Notes under the pieces: generated by a model
What the model was told of the DNA's origin: nothing
Seen by the model: the letters and a program-made list of their open reading frames with translations, nothing else
The model's database searches: none
NCBI GenBank assembly: GCA_027452215.1
Contig: DAIDGQ010000023.1
Span: forward strand, 780-64,779
Direction of reading: 5' to 3'
Length of the DNA stretch: 64,000 nt
Source of the DNA: Granulicella sp.
GTDB taxonomy: Bacteria > Acidobacteriota > Terriglobia > Terriglobales > Acidobacteriaceae
Shown here: piece by piece, positions 39,484 to 49,499 of the stretch
Layout of the letters: the number at the start of each line of letters is the position of its first letter
Numbering within the stretch: position 1 is the first letter of the stretch
Made by a program: the position numbers and the translations under genes

Positions 39484-41178
39484 GTGCGGATCGCGCTGGC
39501 TCAAATCAATCCAACAGTAGGGGACTTCTCGGGGAACCTGCGAAAGATCGCGGCGTTTGTCGAACAGGCGGCGGAGCGGGGCGCTGCGCTGGTGATGTTT
39601 CCTGAGTTGGCGACGTGTGGCTATCCTCCGGCGGATTTGTTGGAGAAGGAATCGTTTGTGCAGCGTGCAGAGGAGACGCTGGCGGCGGTTGCTTCGCTGA
39701 CGCAGGGAGGCGACCGTCCGGCGGTGCTGTGCGGTACTCCGATGCGGTGCGAGGGAGCTTCGGGCAAGCATGTTCGCAATGTTGCGGCGCTGATGGATGG
39801 AGGGGAGATTCGGTTTATGCAGCAGAAGATGCTGCTGCCGTTCTATGACGTGTTTGATGAGCAGAGGTATTTTGAGCCGGCTCGGCAGCAGGCTCTGACG
39901 GTGGTGGATGGGCAAGCTGTGGCGATCACGGTCTGCGAAGATGCATGGAATGACAAGATGTTCTGGCCGCGGCAGATGTACCCGGTGGATCCGGTGGAGG
40001 AGTTGATGCGGCAGTGGGCGGCGCTTCCACAGCCGTTGAGCGGGCATCGTTTGATTTTAAATATTTCAGCATCGCCGTTTTGCCATGGGAAGCTGGAGGT
40101 GCGGCAGAGGATGATTGGCGCGCTGGCGAAGCGGCATCGGGCGACGGTCGTGATGGTGAACCAGGTAGGGGCGAATGACAGCCTGATTTTTGATGGCGGA
40201 TCGTTTGCAGTGGGGCCGAGTGGCGAAGTGTTTGCGCAGGCGAGATGCTTTTCTGAGGAGTTGTTGATCGTCGAAACAGAGGGCGAGAAGGCCGGGGTTG
40301 CGGTAGCGACGGGAGAGGATTTGGGCACGGAGCGGACGTGGGATGCGCTGGTGCTGGGGACTCGGGATTACCTGGGAAAGTGCGGATTCAAAAAGGCGAT
40401 TGTGGGGTTGAGCGGGGGGATCGACTCGGCGCTGGTGGCGGCGATTGCGGTGGAGGCGCTGGGAGCGGAGAATGTGCAGGGAGTTGGGATGCCGAGTGAG
40501 TTCTCCTCGAGCGGATCGGTGACGGACGCTGAGAAGCTGGCGAAGAACCTGGGGATTGCGTTTTCGACGGTGCCGATCCGAGAGATTTATACGCAGTTTG
40601 AAACATCGCTGCAGCCGGTGTTTGCGGCTACGGGAGCGGGGACAAGCTTTGGGCTTGCGGAGGAGAACCTGCAGCCGAGAATTCGAGGAAGTCTGCTGAT
40701 GGCGCTGTCGAACAAGACGGGAGCGCTGGTGCTGACGACGGGGAATAAGAGCGAGATGGCGTGCGGGTATTGCACGCTGTACGGAGACATGGTGGGAGCG
40801 CTGGCAGTGATCGGCGACGTGTATAAGACGGAGGTGTACGCGCTTAGCCGGTGGGTGAATCGCGAGCGCGAGGTGATTCCGAATGACACGCTGACGAAGG
40901 CTCCGTCGGCTGAGTTGAGGCCGGGGCAGAAGGATACGGACTCGCTGCCGCCGTATGAGGTGCTCGATCCGATTTTGCGAGCGTATATCGAGGAGTACAG
41001 CTCTGCGGAGGAGATTGTGCGGACGCAGGGAGTGGAGTTGGAGTTGGTACGCAAGGTGATTCGGCTGGTGGAGCTGAGTGAGTACAAGCGGCAGCAGGCA
41101 GCTCCAGTGTTGAAGGTTTCGAGAAAGTCGTTTGGGATGGGAAGGCGATTTCCGATTGCGGCGCGGCGCGAGGTGTAG
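39484..41178 (+). CDS. nadE: Glutamine-dependent NAD+ synthetase
   Basis: N-terminal nitrilase domain (FPEL, CED.W) plus GLSGGIDSA, TTGNKSE, PSAEL.PGQKD. Confidence 0.96.
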   Translation: MRIALAQINPTVGDFSGNLRKIAAFVEQAAERGAALVMFPELATCGYPPADLLEKESFVQRAEETLAAVASLTQGGDRPAVLCGTPMRCEGASGKHVRNVAALMDGGEIRFMQQKMLLPFYDVFDEQRYFEPARQQALTVVDGQAVAITVCEDAWNDKMFWPRQMYPVDPVEELMRQWAALPQPLSGHRLILNISASPFCHGKLEVRQRMIGALAKRHRATVVMVNQVGANDSLIFDGGSFAVGPSGEVFAQARCFSEELLIVETEGEKAGVAVATGEDLGTERTWDALVLGTRDYLGKCGFKKAIVGLSGGIDSALVAAIAVEALGAENVQGVGMPSEFSSSGSVTDAEKLAKNLGIAFSTVPIREIYTQFETSLQPVFAATGAGTSFGLAEENLQPRIRGSLLMALSNKTGALVLTTGNKSEMACGYCTLYGDMVGALAVIGDVYKTEVYALSRWVNREREVIPNDTLTKAPSAELRPGQKDTDSLPPYEVLDPILRAYIEEYSSAEEIVRTQGVELELVRKVIRLVELSEYKRQQAAPVLKVSRKSFGMGRRFPIAARREV

Positions 41179-41252
41179 GTGGCCGGCCAGGGTTTGATTC
41201 GAGCAGTAGATCGTTAGTGAAGAAGGGTTTGATTTTGAAAGGGACAGAAAGC

Positions 41253-42275
41253 ATGAAGAAGATGATGTTGATGGTTGTGATGGCGATGGTTGGAGCAGGA
41301 GTTCTGGTGCGAGCGCAGGCACCTCCACAGATGTCGCCCGCAACGGCAGAGGCGGAGAAGGCAACCGCTCCGCAGGCGCCGACTCCCCCGGCTGTGCCGG
41401 TGAATCCGTTTCCCGCGGTGAACCCGAAGAACTTTACCTCGGACTACCCTACGGCGGCCGTGGTGAGTGAATTTCTGAAGACGGTCTGGGGCTATAACGA
41501 CAATTTGAGCTGGAGTGTGCAGGCGATCCAGAAAACGGTGGCGCCCGGTGTGGTGCGAGTGGTGGTGTTTGTCGCGAACAAGACGCAGCCGGGGAAGGTG
41601 AGCCGGAACGAATTTTTCATCACTCCTGATGGGAAGCATGCGATCGCGGATGCGGTGATTGATTTTGGAGCGAAGCCTTATGCCGATCGCCGGCAGACTC
41701 TGCAGGAGCAGGCCAATGGTCCGGCCGAGGGGGCTGCTGGTAAAGACTTTCTGATGGTGGAGTTTGGTGATTTGCTGAACGCGCAATCCAAGGAAGTTCA
41801 CGAGACGGTGCTGAAGCTGGAGAAGGATTTTCCGCAGGCTCGTGTGGTGTTTGAGAATCTTCCGGCGAGCGGCAATCCCTATGCTTTGCGTGCAGCTGCT
41901 GAGGGCGTGTGCGTGAGGAAAGCGAAGGGGGACGAGGCGTTTTATACCTATGCGCAGGCGGTCTTCAATAAGGAACAGGGGTTGACGGCGGCGACGCTTG
42001 ATTCAGTGCTGGATGCTGCGGTAACTGCTGCGGGTGGAGATCCGAAGGCAGTCGCGGTGTGTGCAGATTCGCAGGCAGCGAAGGATGATGTGAAGGCATC
42101 GGCTGCACTGGGCACTTCGGTTGGGGTAGATCAGTCGGCGGTGGTGGTGGTGAATGGGCGGGTGCTTCCGGCGGCGTCGTTCCCCTACGAGACGATCAAG
42201 CAGGTGGTGGCGTATCAGGCGCAGTTGGACGGCATTGCTGTGCATGTGCAGCCAACGCTTTCGACGTTGAAGTAA
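41253..42275 (+). CDS. DsbA/thioredoxin-like periplasmic protein lacking CxxC
   Basis: Signal peptide, FFITPDGKH, VEFGDL followed by LNAQS where QCPxC is expected; VVNGR end motif. Confidence 0.7.
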   Translation: MKKMMLMVVMAMVGAGVLVRAQAPPQMSPATAEAEKATAPQAPTPPAVPVNPFPAVNPKNFTSDYPTAAVVSEFLKTVWGYNDNLSWSVQAIQKTVAPGVVRVVVFVANKTQPGKVSRNEFFITPDGKHAIADAVIDFGAKPYADRRQTLQEQANGPAEGAAGKDFLMVEFGDLLNAQSKEVHETVLKLEKDFPQARVVFENLPASGNPYALRAAAEGVCVRKAKGDEAFYTYAQAVFNKEQGLTAATLDSVLDAAVTAAGGDPKAVAVCADSQAAKDDVKASAALGTSVGVDQSAVVVVNGRVLPAASFPYETIKQVVAYQAQLDGIAVHVQPTLSTLK

Positions 42276-42305
42276 GGGCTTGATGAGGCTGAAGGAGAGT
42301 CGATC

Positions 42306-43085
42306 GTGAAGATTACCGTGGTGTCTCCCCATAGTGGGGACGCGGCATTGGCGCTGGGTCTTGCGATTGAGGCGTGGCTGGCGGAGGGCCACTCCGTTGA
42401 GGTGGTGAGTTGCTTTACTCGGAGCGAGTTTGCTCCCTATTCGGATGCGGGGTCGTTGCATGCGAATGACCGGATGTCGTTTGTGACGGCGGTGCGGAGG
42501 AGAGAGGACGAGGCGTGGCGCAAGCAGCATGGTGCGTCCAGGTTGAAGCTGACGGACTTGAATCTGAAGGACGCTCCGATCCGCCTGCACTGCGGAAGGG
42601 AGAAGGTGTTCGGACGGCCTGCGGATACTTCGGAGAAGGTGGTATCGAAGATCCAGCGGGCGGTGGAGATGAGCAAGGCGGGGGCGATCGTGCTGCCGCT
42701 GGGACTCGACGGACATGTGGATCGTATCAGTGCGCGCGATGCTGCGATGCCAACGGATACGGCGGGGAGGGCGCTGGCGTTTTACGAAGAGCTTCCCTAC
42801 ATGGCGGGCGCTGAGGGGGAGAGAGCGGTGGAGGTAGCTCTTGGTCAGCTTCCGACTGGGTTGCAGGCGGAGTTGCAGCCGACCTTTGCCCGGGAACCAA
42901 GTGGGAGGGAAGACGTGATCGAGGCAGCGGTGCTGCGCAAGCGGCGGGTTGCGTGGTGCTACGACTCGCAGATCGATGAGAGGGTTACGGCGGAGATTGC
43001 AGAGTTCAGCAGACGCTACGGGGGGCGGGAGCGGCTGTGGGGGAATGCGGCGTGGCGTGCAGACGCGACGTTGGCGGCGAGGTAG
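42306..43085 (+). CDS. PIG-L/LmbE family deacetylase-like protein
   Basis: VVSPH..D, RR.ED, PLG..GHVD, FYEELPY, Y.SQ. Confidence 0.75.
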   Translation: MKITVVSPHSGDAALALGLAIEAWLAEGHSVEVVSCFTRSEFAPYSDAGSLHANDRMSFVTAVRRREDEAWRKQHGASRLKLTDLNLKDAPIRLHCGREKVFGRPADTSEKVVSKIQRAVEMSKAGAIVLPLGLDGHVDRISARDAAMPTDTAGRALAFYEELPYMAGAEGERAVEVALGQLPTGLQAELQPTFAREPSGREDVIEAAVLRKRRVAWCYDSQIDERVTAEIAEFSRRYGGRERLWGNAAWRADATLAAR

Positions 43086-43446
43086 GGAGCGGGGAGTGTC
43101 TGCCAAGGTGGACGGGGTTAGGTGGACCGTTTCGTTCCGTTACAGGGTGGCCCATCTTCTCAAGTTTTTCGCCCAGCGACCGATGAAGTCAGTACAAGGG
43201 CGTGTTGCATCCTGCATGTGCAGAACGCAACACGTGACCAACTGCTTTGTGCTGTGGTCGCGTACTGAAAGAGTTCATGGAGCGACTGCCGATATTTACC
43301 GATAGCAAGACGACGGGCGTGAGTGGGCGACGGTGGCAGGGTCACGAATCGCTCAACACATGCTGCAGGCTGAGGAACTCTTGGGAATGCCTGGTCATTT
43401 TGAGCACCTTCACGCAGCCATCGGGCATAGGAGAGACAACCTTTGG

Positions 43447-46400
43447 TTGAGGTGCCTGAGATGGAAACGGCGGTGTGGGGGTCGATGGAGACGGTGCCTG
43501 GCGAGCGTGGGAGTGGTGTTGTGCATGGGCATGGTCTGCGCATCCGGGGTGGCTCAGACTGCGAATGTTTTTTCTGGAACCACGGCGGTCGGTCAAACTT
43601 CTACGTCGATGAGCGTAGTTGTGACGATGGTCGCAGGGGGAACTGCTGGAGCACCTGTCGCGATGACACAGGGCCTGGCTAATTCTGATTTTGTGGTTGT
43701 GAGCGGAGGGTCTTGCTCAGCCGGCACCAGCTATAGCTCCGGACAGACGTGCACGGTGATGGTGCAATTCCAGCCGAAGTATCCGGGTACTCGAACTGGC
43801 GCGGTGGTGATGAAGACATCAGGCGGAAGCTTTATGGGGTCGACGCTGCTTGCCGGAGTTGGTGTGGGATCCTTGCCGGTGCTCGCGCCGGGTGCGATCA
43901 GCACAGTCGCTGGGGATGCGGATTGGATTTACCAGAGTGCGACGGATGGAGGATTGGCGACTTCTGCTCCGATCTTCCTGCCTACGGGCGTCGTCGCCGA
44001 CGCGATGGGGAACTTCTATATTGCGGATTCGCAGAACAACCGTATTCGTAAGGTGGACGTGAACAAACTGATCTCGACGGTGGCCGGTACGGGAACTCCT
44101 GGCTACGGAGGGGACGGGGGGCTGGCGATCAATGCGATGATCAACGTTCCGGCAGGGCTGGTGCTGGATGGCGCCGGTAATCTGTACTTTGCCGACAGTG
44201 GGAACCACATTGTTCGACGTATCGATGCATTTAGCGGAGTGATTACAACGGTGGCGGGAACTCCAGGGGTGCAGGGCTCTAGCGGCGACGGTGCTTCGGC
44301 TACGCAGGCGAAGCTCACCTTTCCCGAGGGCGTGGCTCTGGATGAGGCTGGGGACCTGTTGATTGCGGATACGGGGAATAACGAAATCCGAAAGGTCACT
44401 GCGACTGCGATTGGATTTGGAAATATAAGTAAGGTTGCTGGAACCGGAGCGGCGGGATTTAACGGCGATGGACAGGCGGCGACACTTGCGAGCTTGAATA
44501 GTCCTTGGAGCGTGGCGGTGGCTCAGGATGGGTCAATCTATATCGCTGATTTGACGAATAATCGCGTGCGCGAGGTGAACCTGTCAGGGATGATTTCGAC
44601 GGTTGCCGGTACGGGCCCTCGGGGATTTATGGGAGACGGCGGTCTCGCAACGCAGGCCGTGCTGGGCGAGCCTGCTGCTGTGGCGATCGATCCTGCTGGG
44701 GATCTCTATGTTGCCGACTCAGATAATAATCGTATTCGCGAGGTAAATGCGGCGACGGGTCTGATTGAGACCATCTGTGGAAACGCGAGCGAACAGTTCG
44801 CTGGCGATGGTGGACCGGCCAATCTTGCCAGCATGTATGGACCCTATGCTCTGTTCTTCGATCAGACGGGGAATCTATTTGTTGCGGATATGTTTCATAA
44901 CCGGATACGTCGGATCGACGCGTTGGCTGTCTCCTTGACGTACGCAACGATCAAGGTCGGGAACGTCTCCGCGCCGCAACCTGTGGTGCTTGTCGATGAT
45001 GGCAACGCTGATCTTATCTTGAGCCAGGCGACGATTGTGAATGCAGCGGAAGATGCGGGAACGACGACCTGTACGGCGGGAGCGGATATCCCGTCCGCCA
45101 CCACGTGCAGCATAGGCGCGTCGTTTGCTCCGAAGGTGATTGGAGATCCGGTTCTTGGTTCAATTGCGGTCAACTCGGTCGCAGGTACGACGGTGCCGTT
45201 GATTAGCCTTTCGGGACAAGTGCTTAGCATTACGCCGACGACCGTGGCGCTGACTTCGAGCGTGAATCCAAGCCTGGTGGGGGCGACGGTAAGGTTTACA
45301 GCGACGGTCAGCAATGGAGGCACGGCGCTGACGGGCACGATCGCTTTCTTTGATGGAGGTACACAGCTCTGTAGCGTGACGGTCGCGAATAGTGCGGCAG
45401 CGTGCAGCACGTCGGCGTTGACATTGGGGCAGCATAGCATTACGGCTGACTACTCGGGCGATGCGAACAATGCATCGAGTGTATCGGCCGTGCTGGTTCA
45501 AGTGGTCAAGCAAGCGCCTCTGCTGGTGCTAACGGTTGCACCGAATCCGACGGTCGTAACGACGAGCGTTACGCTGACGTTCGCGGCGACCGCACCGACG
45601 GGGACGCCGACGGGTTCGGTCACGTTTTATGATGGCGCCGTTGCACTTAGTTCGACCAACCTCTCGGGGTCGGGTGGTGCAGGTTACACCACGGCTCAGT
45701 TGAGTCCTGGGACGCATAGTCTTTCGGTACAGTATGCGGGGGACCTATCGAATGCATCGGGTCAGTCGAATGTAGTAAGCGAGGTGGTGCAGCAGGCGAC
45801 GACTGGAACGACACTGTCTTCGAGTAATGTGAGTGCGCCGGTGGGTTCTTTAGTGACCTTCACGGCTGCCGTTACCAGTACGAATGGGCCAGCGGCCACA
45901 GGGACGGTGCAGTTCAATGACGGCGGGACTTCGTTGGGAAGCAGCGCGGTCGGCAGTAATGGAACAGCGGTTTTATCGAGCGCGCTGCTTGCTCCGGGGG
46001 TGCATTCGATCGTCGCCGTCTATGGCGGAGATCAGGACGATGCTGGTAGTAGCTCGGCAGCCTTGGTTGAGACTATTCAACAGATTGCAACAGCAACGAC
46101 GGTGTCAGCGAACTTGAATCCTGTGTCTGCGGGAGCGATGCTGACGCTTACTGGATCCGTTACTGCCGTTGGCTCGTCAACGAATGGGGGCGTGATTAGT
46201 GGAGCGGTGATTTTTCGTGAAGGCCAAACTGTTCTCGGCACATCGGCGGTCGACGGCTTGGGTCACGCAACCGTCAACTTGAATACGCTGTCGGCAGGGT
46301 CTCACTCCATCGCGGCGTCGTATAGCGGCAACGTCAACTACGCAGCAAGTACTTCCGCAATTGTGATCGAGACGGTGCAGCCTACGGCAACGACGACGCT

Positions 46401-48894
46401 GCTGACCTCTGCGGCGACAACAACTCTGTCGGGACAGGCGGCGGTGTTCACGATCGCTGTGAGTAGTAGCACAGGTATTCCGGCTGGCAATGTCACGGTC
46501 AACGATGGCTCGGTGGGCATCGGACAGGTTCAACTGAATGCTCAAGGGATTGCGACGTTCACGAGCCTGCTGCTCTCTGCGGGAACACACTCGATCACGG
46601 CTGTCTACGATGGAAATGGAAACTATAATCCGAGCACATCCGGAGCGCTGCAGCATCTGGTTGTCCTGGCAACTCCTTCGTTGACCTTGAGTGGGCCGAG
46701 CACTCCGGTCAATGCTGGCTCTACCTTTGTCGCGATGGCCACGCTTAGTAGCAACGGTGTTACGCCGACGGGGGCGCTGACGCTACGTAATAACGGCATC
46801 GCGATAGCGACAGCGAGCGTCATGGGGAGTGGAACCTTTATCTTTCCGAACCTTAGCCTTGGCGTCGGGACATATCAGCTTACAGTGGCCTACAGCGGAG
46901 ATGCGAATAATGCGTCGGCCATCTCTTCGGCGTTACCGGTGACCGTCCAACTTACTCCAACGACGACTTCGCTTATAAGTAGCTCAAATCCAGTGACACT
47001 GAGCCAGAGCGTTAGCTTTACCGCGGTGACATCCGGTGGAGGGCCTGCTCCTACGGGTTTGATCAGATTTATGGATGGGAGTGTGGTTCTTGGCACATCC
47101 CCGATTGGTGCGAATGGAAGTGCAAGCCTAAACACCAGCACGCTGAGCTTTGGGATGCACTCTATCTCTGCGACTTATGAAGGTGATATCGACCATGCGC
47201 AGTCGACGTCCATTGTGTTGAGTGAGCGAGTTGTGCAAGCGGCCACAGAGGCGCTCAGTTCCAGCATGAATCCTTCCATATTTGGTGCGAGTGTGGTGTA
47301 CACGACCAAGGTAATGGGTGTAGGTTCCATCGTGCCTACGGGCACGGTTATCTATCGAGACGGATCAGTGGTGCTCGGGACGTCGGTTGTCGATGGGAGT
47401 GGCGTAGCCAGCTTGCAGAGTGCATCGCTGGTCGTAGGATCGCATACGATCTCTACCAGCTACAGCGGTGATACGAATTACTCTACTGCTTCATCAACGT
47501 TGACCCAAACAGTGCAGAGTGCAACGACGCAGATCACACTTATATCGAGCGCGAACCCGGCTATCTATGCGACGCCGCTGACATTCACTGCGACCGTTGT
47601 CGGAAATGGTGGAGTCGCGACAGGCTTGGTCACGTTCACCGATGATGGTGTGTCGATCGGCAGCGCTACGCTAAACTCCATCGGCATTGCGACCCTAACG
47701 CTCTCAACGCTCGCTCCTGGCGAACACGCAGTCGTTGCCAACTATGCGGGCGATAGCAATATCGGCGCGTCGAGTTCAACTCCACAGTTGGTGGGCGTGA
47801 AGCAGTTGACTTCGATTGCACTTACGTCAAGTGCAAACCCTGCCATGACACTTAGTTCGATTGTGCTTACCGCAACTGTGAGGAATGGTGGCGTTGGGGA
47901 GCCATCGGGGACTGTTATATTCACGGACGGATTTACCCAGTTAGGGACGACGTTGGTGAATGCAAATGGTGTTGCATCGATCACTGTTCCATCGCTCAGT
48001 GCGGGAAATCATTCTTTGTTGGCGAGTTATGGAGGAGATACTGAGGATTTTGCGAGCGCGTCGCAGGGTCTTGCACAGGGTGTGGAACTTCGCCCGACGA
48101 CGGTTGCGCTTACGAGTTCGAATACGGACCTGTCGAATCCGCAACAGGTTACCTTGATCTCCGAAGTGGGATGGACAGGCCCCACCGCTCCAACGGGTAC
48201 CGTGACCTTTGTAAGCGGCACACTGGTTCTTGGGAGTAGTCAGATCGATGCGATTGGTATAGCGACTCTCACCGTAATTCTTCAGCCGGGGACGGAGAGC
48301 GTGGTTGCAACGTATGGCGGCGATATCTCCTACGCGGGTTCGAATTCACTGGCGACAACGATCTCTGGAGGTGTGGCGACACAGTTCACGATTGAGATTA
48401 ATCCAATGAGTGTGACGTTCCCGACGACACAACACACTAGCATTGGTATCAATCTCACATCGTTGAAGGGCTTCTCGGATACGTTAGAGCTCGGTTGTCT
48501 GGGGCTCCCATTCGCCGCTACCTGCACGTTCAGTACGCCGCAGGTGGATTTGGCTGCGAATGGGAGTGCTTCGGTGCAGTTGGTGCTTGACACAGGGAAC
48601 CCGCTGGGCGCAGGGGCGGCTGCGAGACTCGAGGGTAGACAGTCGTCGGGAGTACTCCTTTGTATGCTGCCCTGCCTGCTGGGAGTCGGCTTTGGAGTGA
48701 GGCGGCGCAAGCTGAGAGCAGGTGCGTCCTTGCTGCTCTTAGGTCTGTTGGCAATGACAATTTCCGCAGTGGGCTGTTCTGGCCTGCACGTGAGTGGAAC
48801 TCCTCCGGGAACGTATACGTTCAAGGTTACGGCGTCCGGCAAGGGGAGTGGAACGACGTTATCGCAGCCGGTGACGCTGACGGTGACACCATGA
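43447..48894 (+). CDS. Large surface protein: NHL repeats plus ~10 bacterial Ig-like (group 3-type) repeats
   Basis: GDGG.A..A.L..P.G.A.D..G.LYIAD..N.RIR repeats, then T.L.SS.NP...F.DG...LG...G.HSI.A.Y.GD repeats. Start uncertain (TTG 43447 after AGGAGAG, or 43333). Confidence 0.92.
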   Translation: MRCLRWKRRCGGRWRRCLASVGVVLCMGMVCASGVAQTANVFSGTTAVGQTSTSMSVVVTMVAGGTAGAPVAMTQGLANSDFVVVSGGSCSAGTSYSSGQTCTVMVQFQPKYPGTRTGAVVMKTSGGSFMGSTLLAGVGVGSLPVLAPGAISTVAGDADWIYQSATDGGLATSAPIFLPTGVVADAMGNFYIADSQNNRIRKVDVNKLISTVAGTGTPGYGGDGGLAINAMINVPAGLVLDGAGNLYFADSGNHIVRRIDAFSGVITTVAGTPGVQGSSGDGASATQAKLTFPEGVALDEAGDLLIADTGNNEIRKVTATAIGFGNISKVAGTGAAGFNGDGQAATLASLNSPWSVAVAQDGSIYIADLTNNRVREVNLSGMISTVAGTGPRGFMGDGGLATQAVLGEPAAVAIDPAGDLYVADSDNNRIREVNAATGLIETICGNASEQFAGDGGPANLASMYGPYALFFDQTGNLFVADMFHNRIRRIDALAVSLTYATIKVGNVSAPQPVVLVDDGNADLILSQATIVNAAEDAGTTTCTAGADIPSATTCSIGASFAPKVIGDPVLGSIAVNSVAGTTVPLISLSGQVLSITPTTVALTSSVNPSLVGATVRFTATVSNGGTALTGTIAFFDGGTQLCSVTVANSAAACSTSALTLGQHSITADYSGDANNASSVSAVLVQVVKQAPLLVLTVAPNPTVVTTSVTLTFAATAPTGTPTGSVTFYDGAVALSSTNLSGSGGAGYTTAQLSPGTHSLSVQYAGDLSNASGQSNVVSEVVQQATTGTTLSSSNVSAPVGSLVTFTAAVTSTNGPAATGTVQFNDGGTSLGSSAVGSNGTAVLSSALLAPGVHSIVAVYGGDQDDAGSSSAALVETIQQIATATTVSANLNPVSAGAMLTLTGSVTAVGSSTNGGVISGAVIFREGQTVLGTSAVDGLGHATVNLNTLSAGSHSIAASYSGNVNYAASTSAIVIETVQPTATTTLLTSAATTTLSGQAAVFTIAVSSSTGIPAGNVTVNDGSVGIGQVQLNAQGIATFTSLLLSAGTHSITAVYDGNGNYNPSTSGALQHLVVLATPSLTLSGPSTPVNAGSTFVAMATLSSNGVTPTGALTLRNNGIAIATASVMGSGTFIFPNLSLGVGTYQLTVAYSGDANNASAISSALPVTVQLTPTTTSLISSSNPVTLSQSVSFTAVTSGGGPAPTGLIRFMDGSVVLGTSPIGANGSASLNTSTLSFGMHSISATYEGDIDHAQSTSIVLSERVVQAATEALSSSMNPSIFGASVVYTTKVMGVGSIVPTGTVIYRDGSVVLGTSVVDGSGVASLQSASLVVGSHTISTSYSGDTNYSTASSTLTQTVQSATTQITLISSANPAIYATPLTFTATVVGNGGVATGLVTFTDDGVSIGSATLNSIGIATLTLSTLAPGEHAVVANYAGDSNIGASSSTPQLVGVKQLTSIALTSSANPAMTLSSIVLTATVRNGGVGEPSGTVIFTDGFTQLGTTLVNANGVASITVPSLSAGNHSLLASYGGDTEDFASASQGLAQGVELRPTTVALTSSNTDLSNPQQVTLISEVGWTGPTAPTGTVTFVSGTLVLGSSQIDAIGIATLTVILQPGTESVVATYGGDISYAGSNSLATTISGGVATQFTIEINPMSVTFPTTQHTSIGINLTSLKGFSDTLELGCLGLPFAATCTFSTPQVDLAANGSASVQLVLDTGNPLGAGAAARLEGRQSSGVLLCMLPCLLGVGFGVRRRKLRAGASLLLLGLLAMTISAVGCSGLHVSGTPPGTYTFKVTASGKGSGTTLSQPVTLTVTP

Positions 48895-49499
48895 TGTCGA
48901 GCAAATGCCGGCGACGCTGCATTCGTCTTGTGGCTCTGTGCATGGCGGGATTGAATGTTTTATCCGGGGGGATGAGAGCTCAGAATATCGCCACGGCAAA
49001 GGGACCGGGCAGTTATATCGCTATTGGAGGAGAGGTCTCAGCCTTCCAGGCGGACTATGGGCGGAGGGTGATCTATGGTGGTGCGCTGTTTGCAGAGGTG
49101 AATCCTACCTGGCGTTATGGCCTTGAAGGGGAAGCACGATATCTCCGCCTTCATAGCTTTGAGAGTGTTACTGAGACGAACTACTTTGTGGGGCCGCGTG
49201 TCATGTTGAAGCCCGGTCCAATACGTCCCTTTATCAAGTTTCTAGTCGGAGCGGGAAAGATTACATTTCCCGCAGGGTACGCTCAGGGAACGTTCTTCAC
49301 CTATGCGCCGGGCGGTGGAGTGGATTATATTGCCGGGGACCGCCTGAGTATCCGTCTGATCGATTTCGAGTATCAGCTTTGGCCAAGCTTCTCTTCATAT
49401 GGTGAGCTTCGTCCCTACGGCATCAGCGCGGGTATGAGTATTCGCTTGAATCCTGTAGAGCACTACCCTAAGGACGCGAGCCGTTCACGTTGGCATTGA
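48891..49499 (+). CDS. Small outer-membrane beta-barrel protein
   Basis: ATG overlaps the upstream stop (ATGA); signal peptide; GLEGEARYL, RPFIKFLVG, YAPGGGVDY, DFEYQ.WP alternating beta-strands. Confidence 0.82.
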   Translation: MMSSKCRRRCIRLVALCMAGLNVLSGGMRAQNIATAKGPGSYIAIGGEVSAFQADYGRRVIYGGALFAEVNPTWRYGLEGEARYLRLHSFESVTETNYFVGPRVMLKPGPIRPFIKFLVGAGKITFPAGYAQGTFFTYAPGGGVDYIAGDRLSIRLIDFEYQLWPSFSSYGELRPYGISAGMSIRLNPVEHYPKDASRSRWH

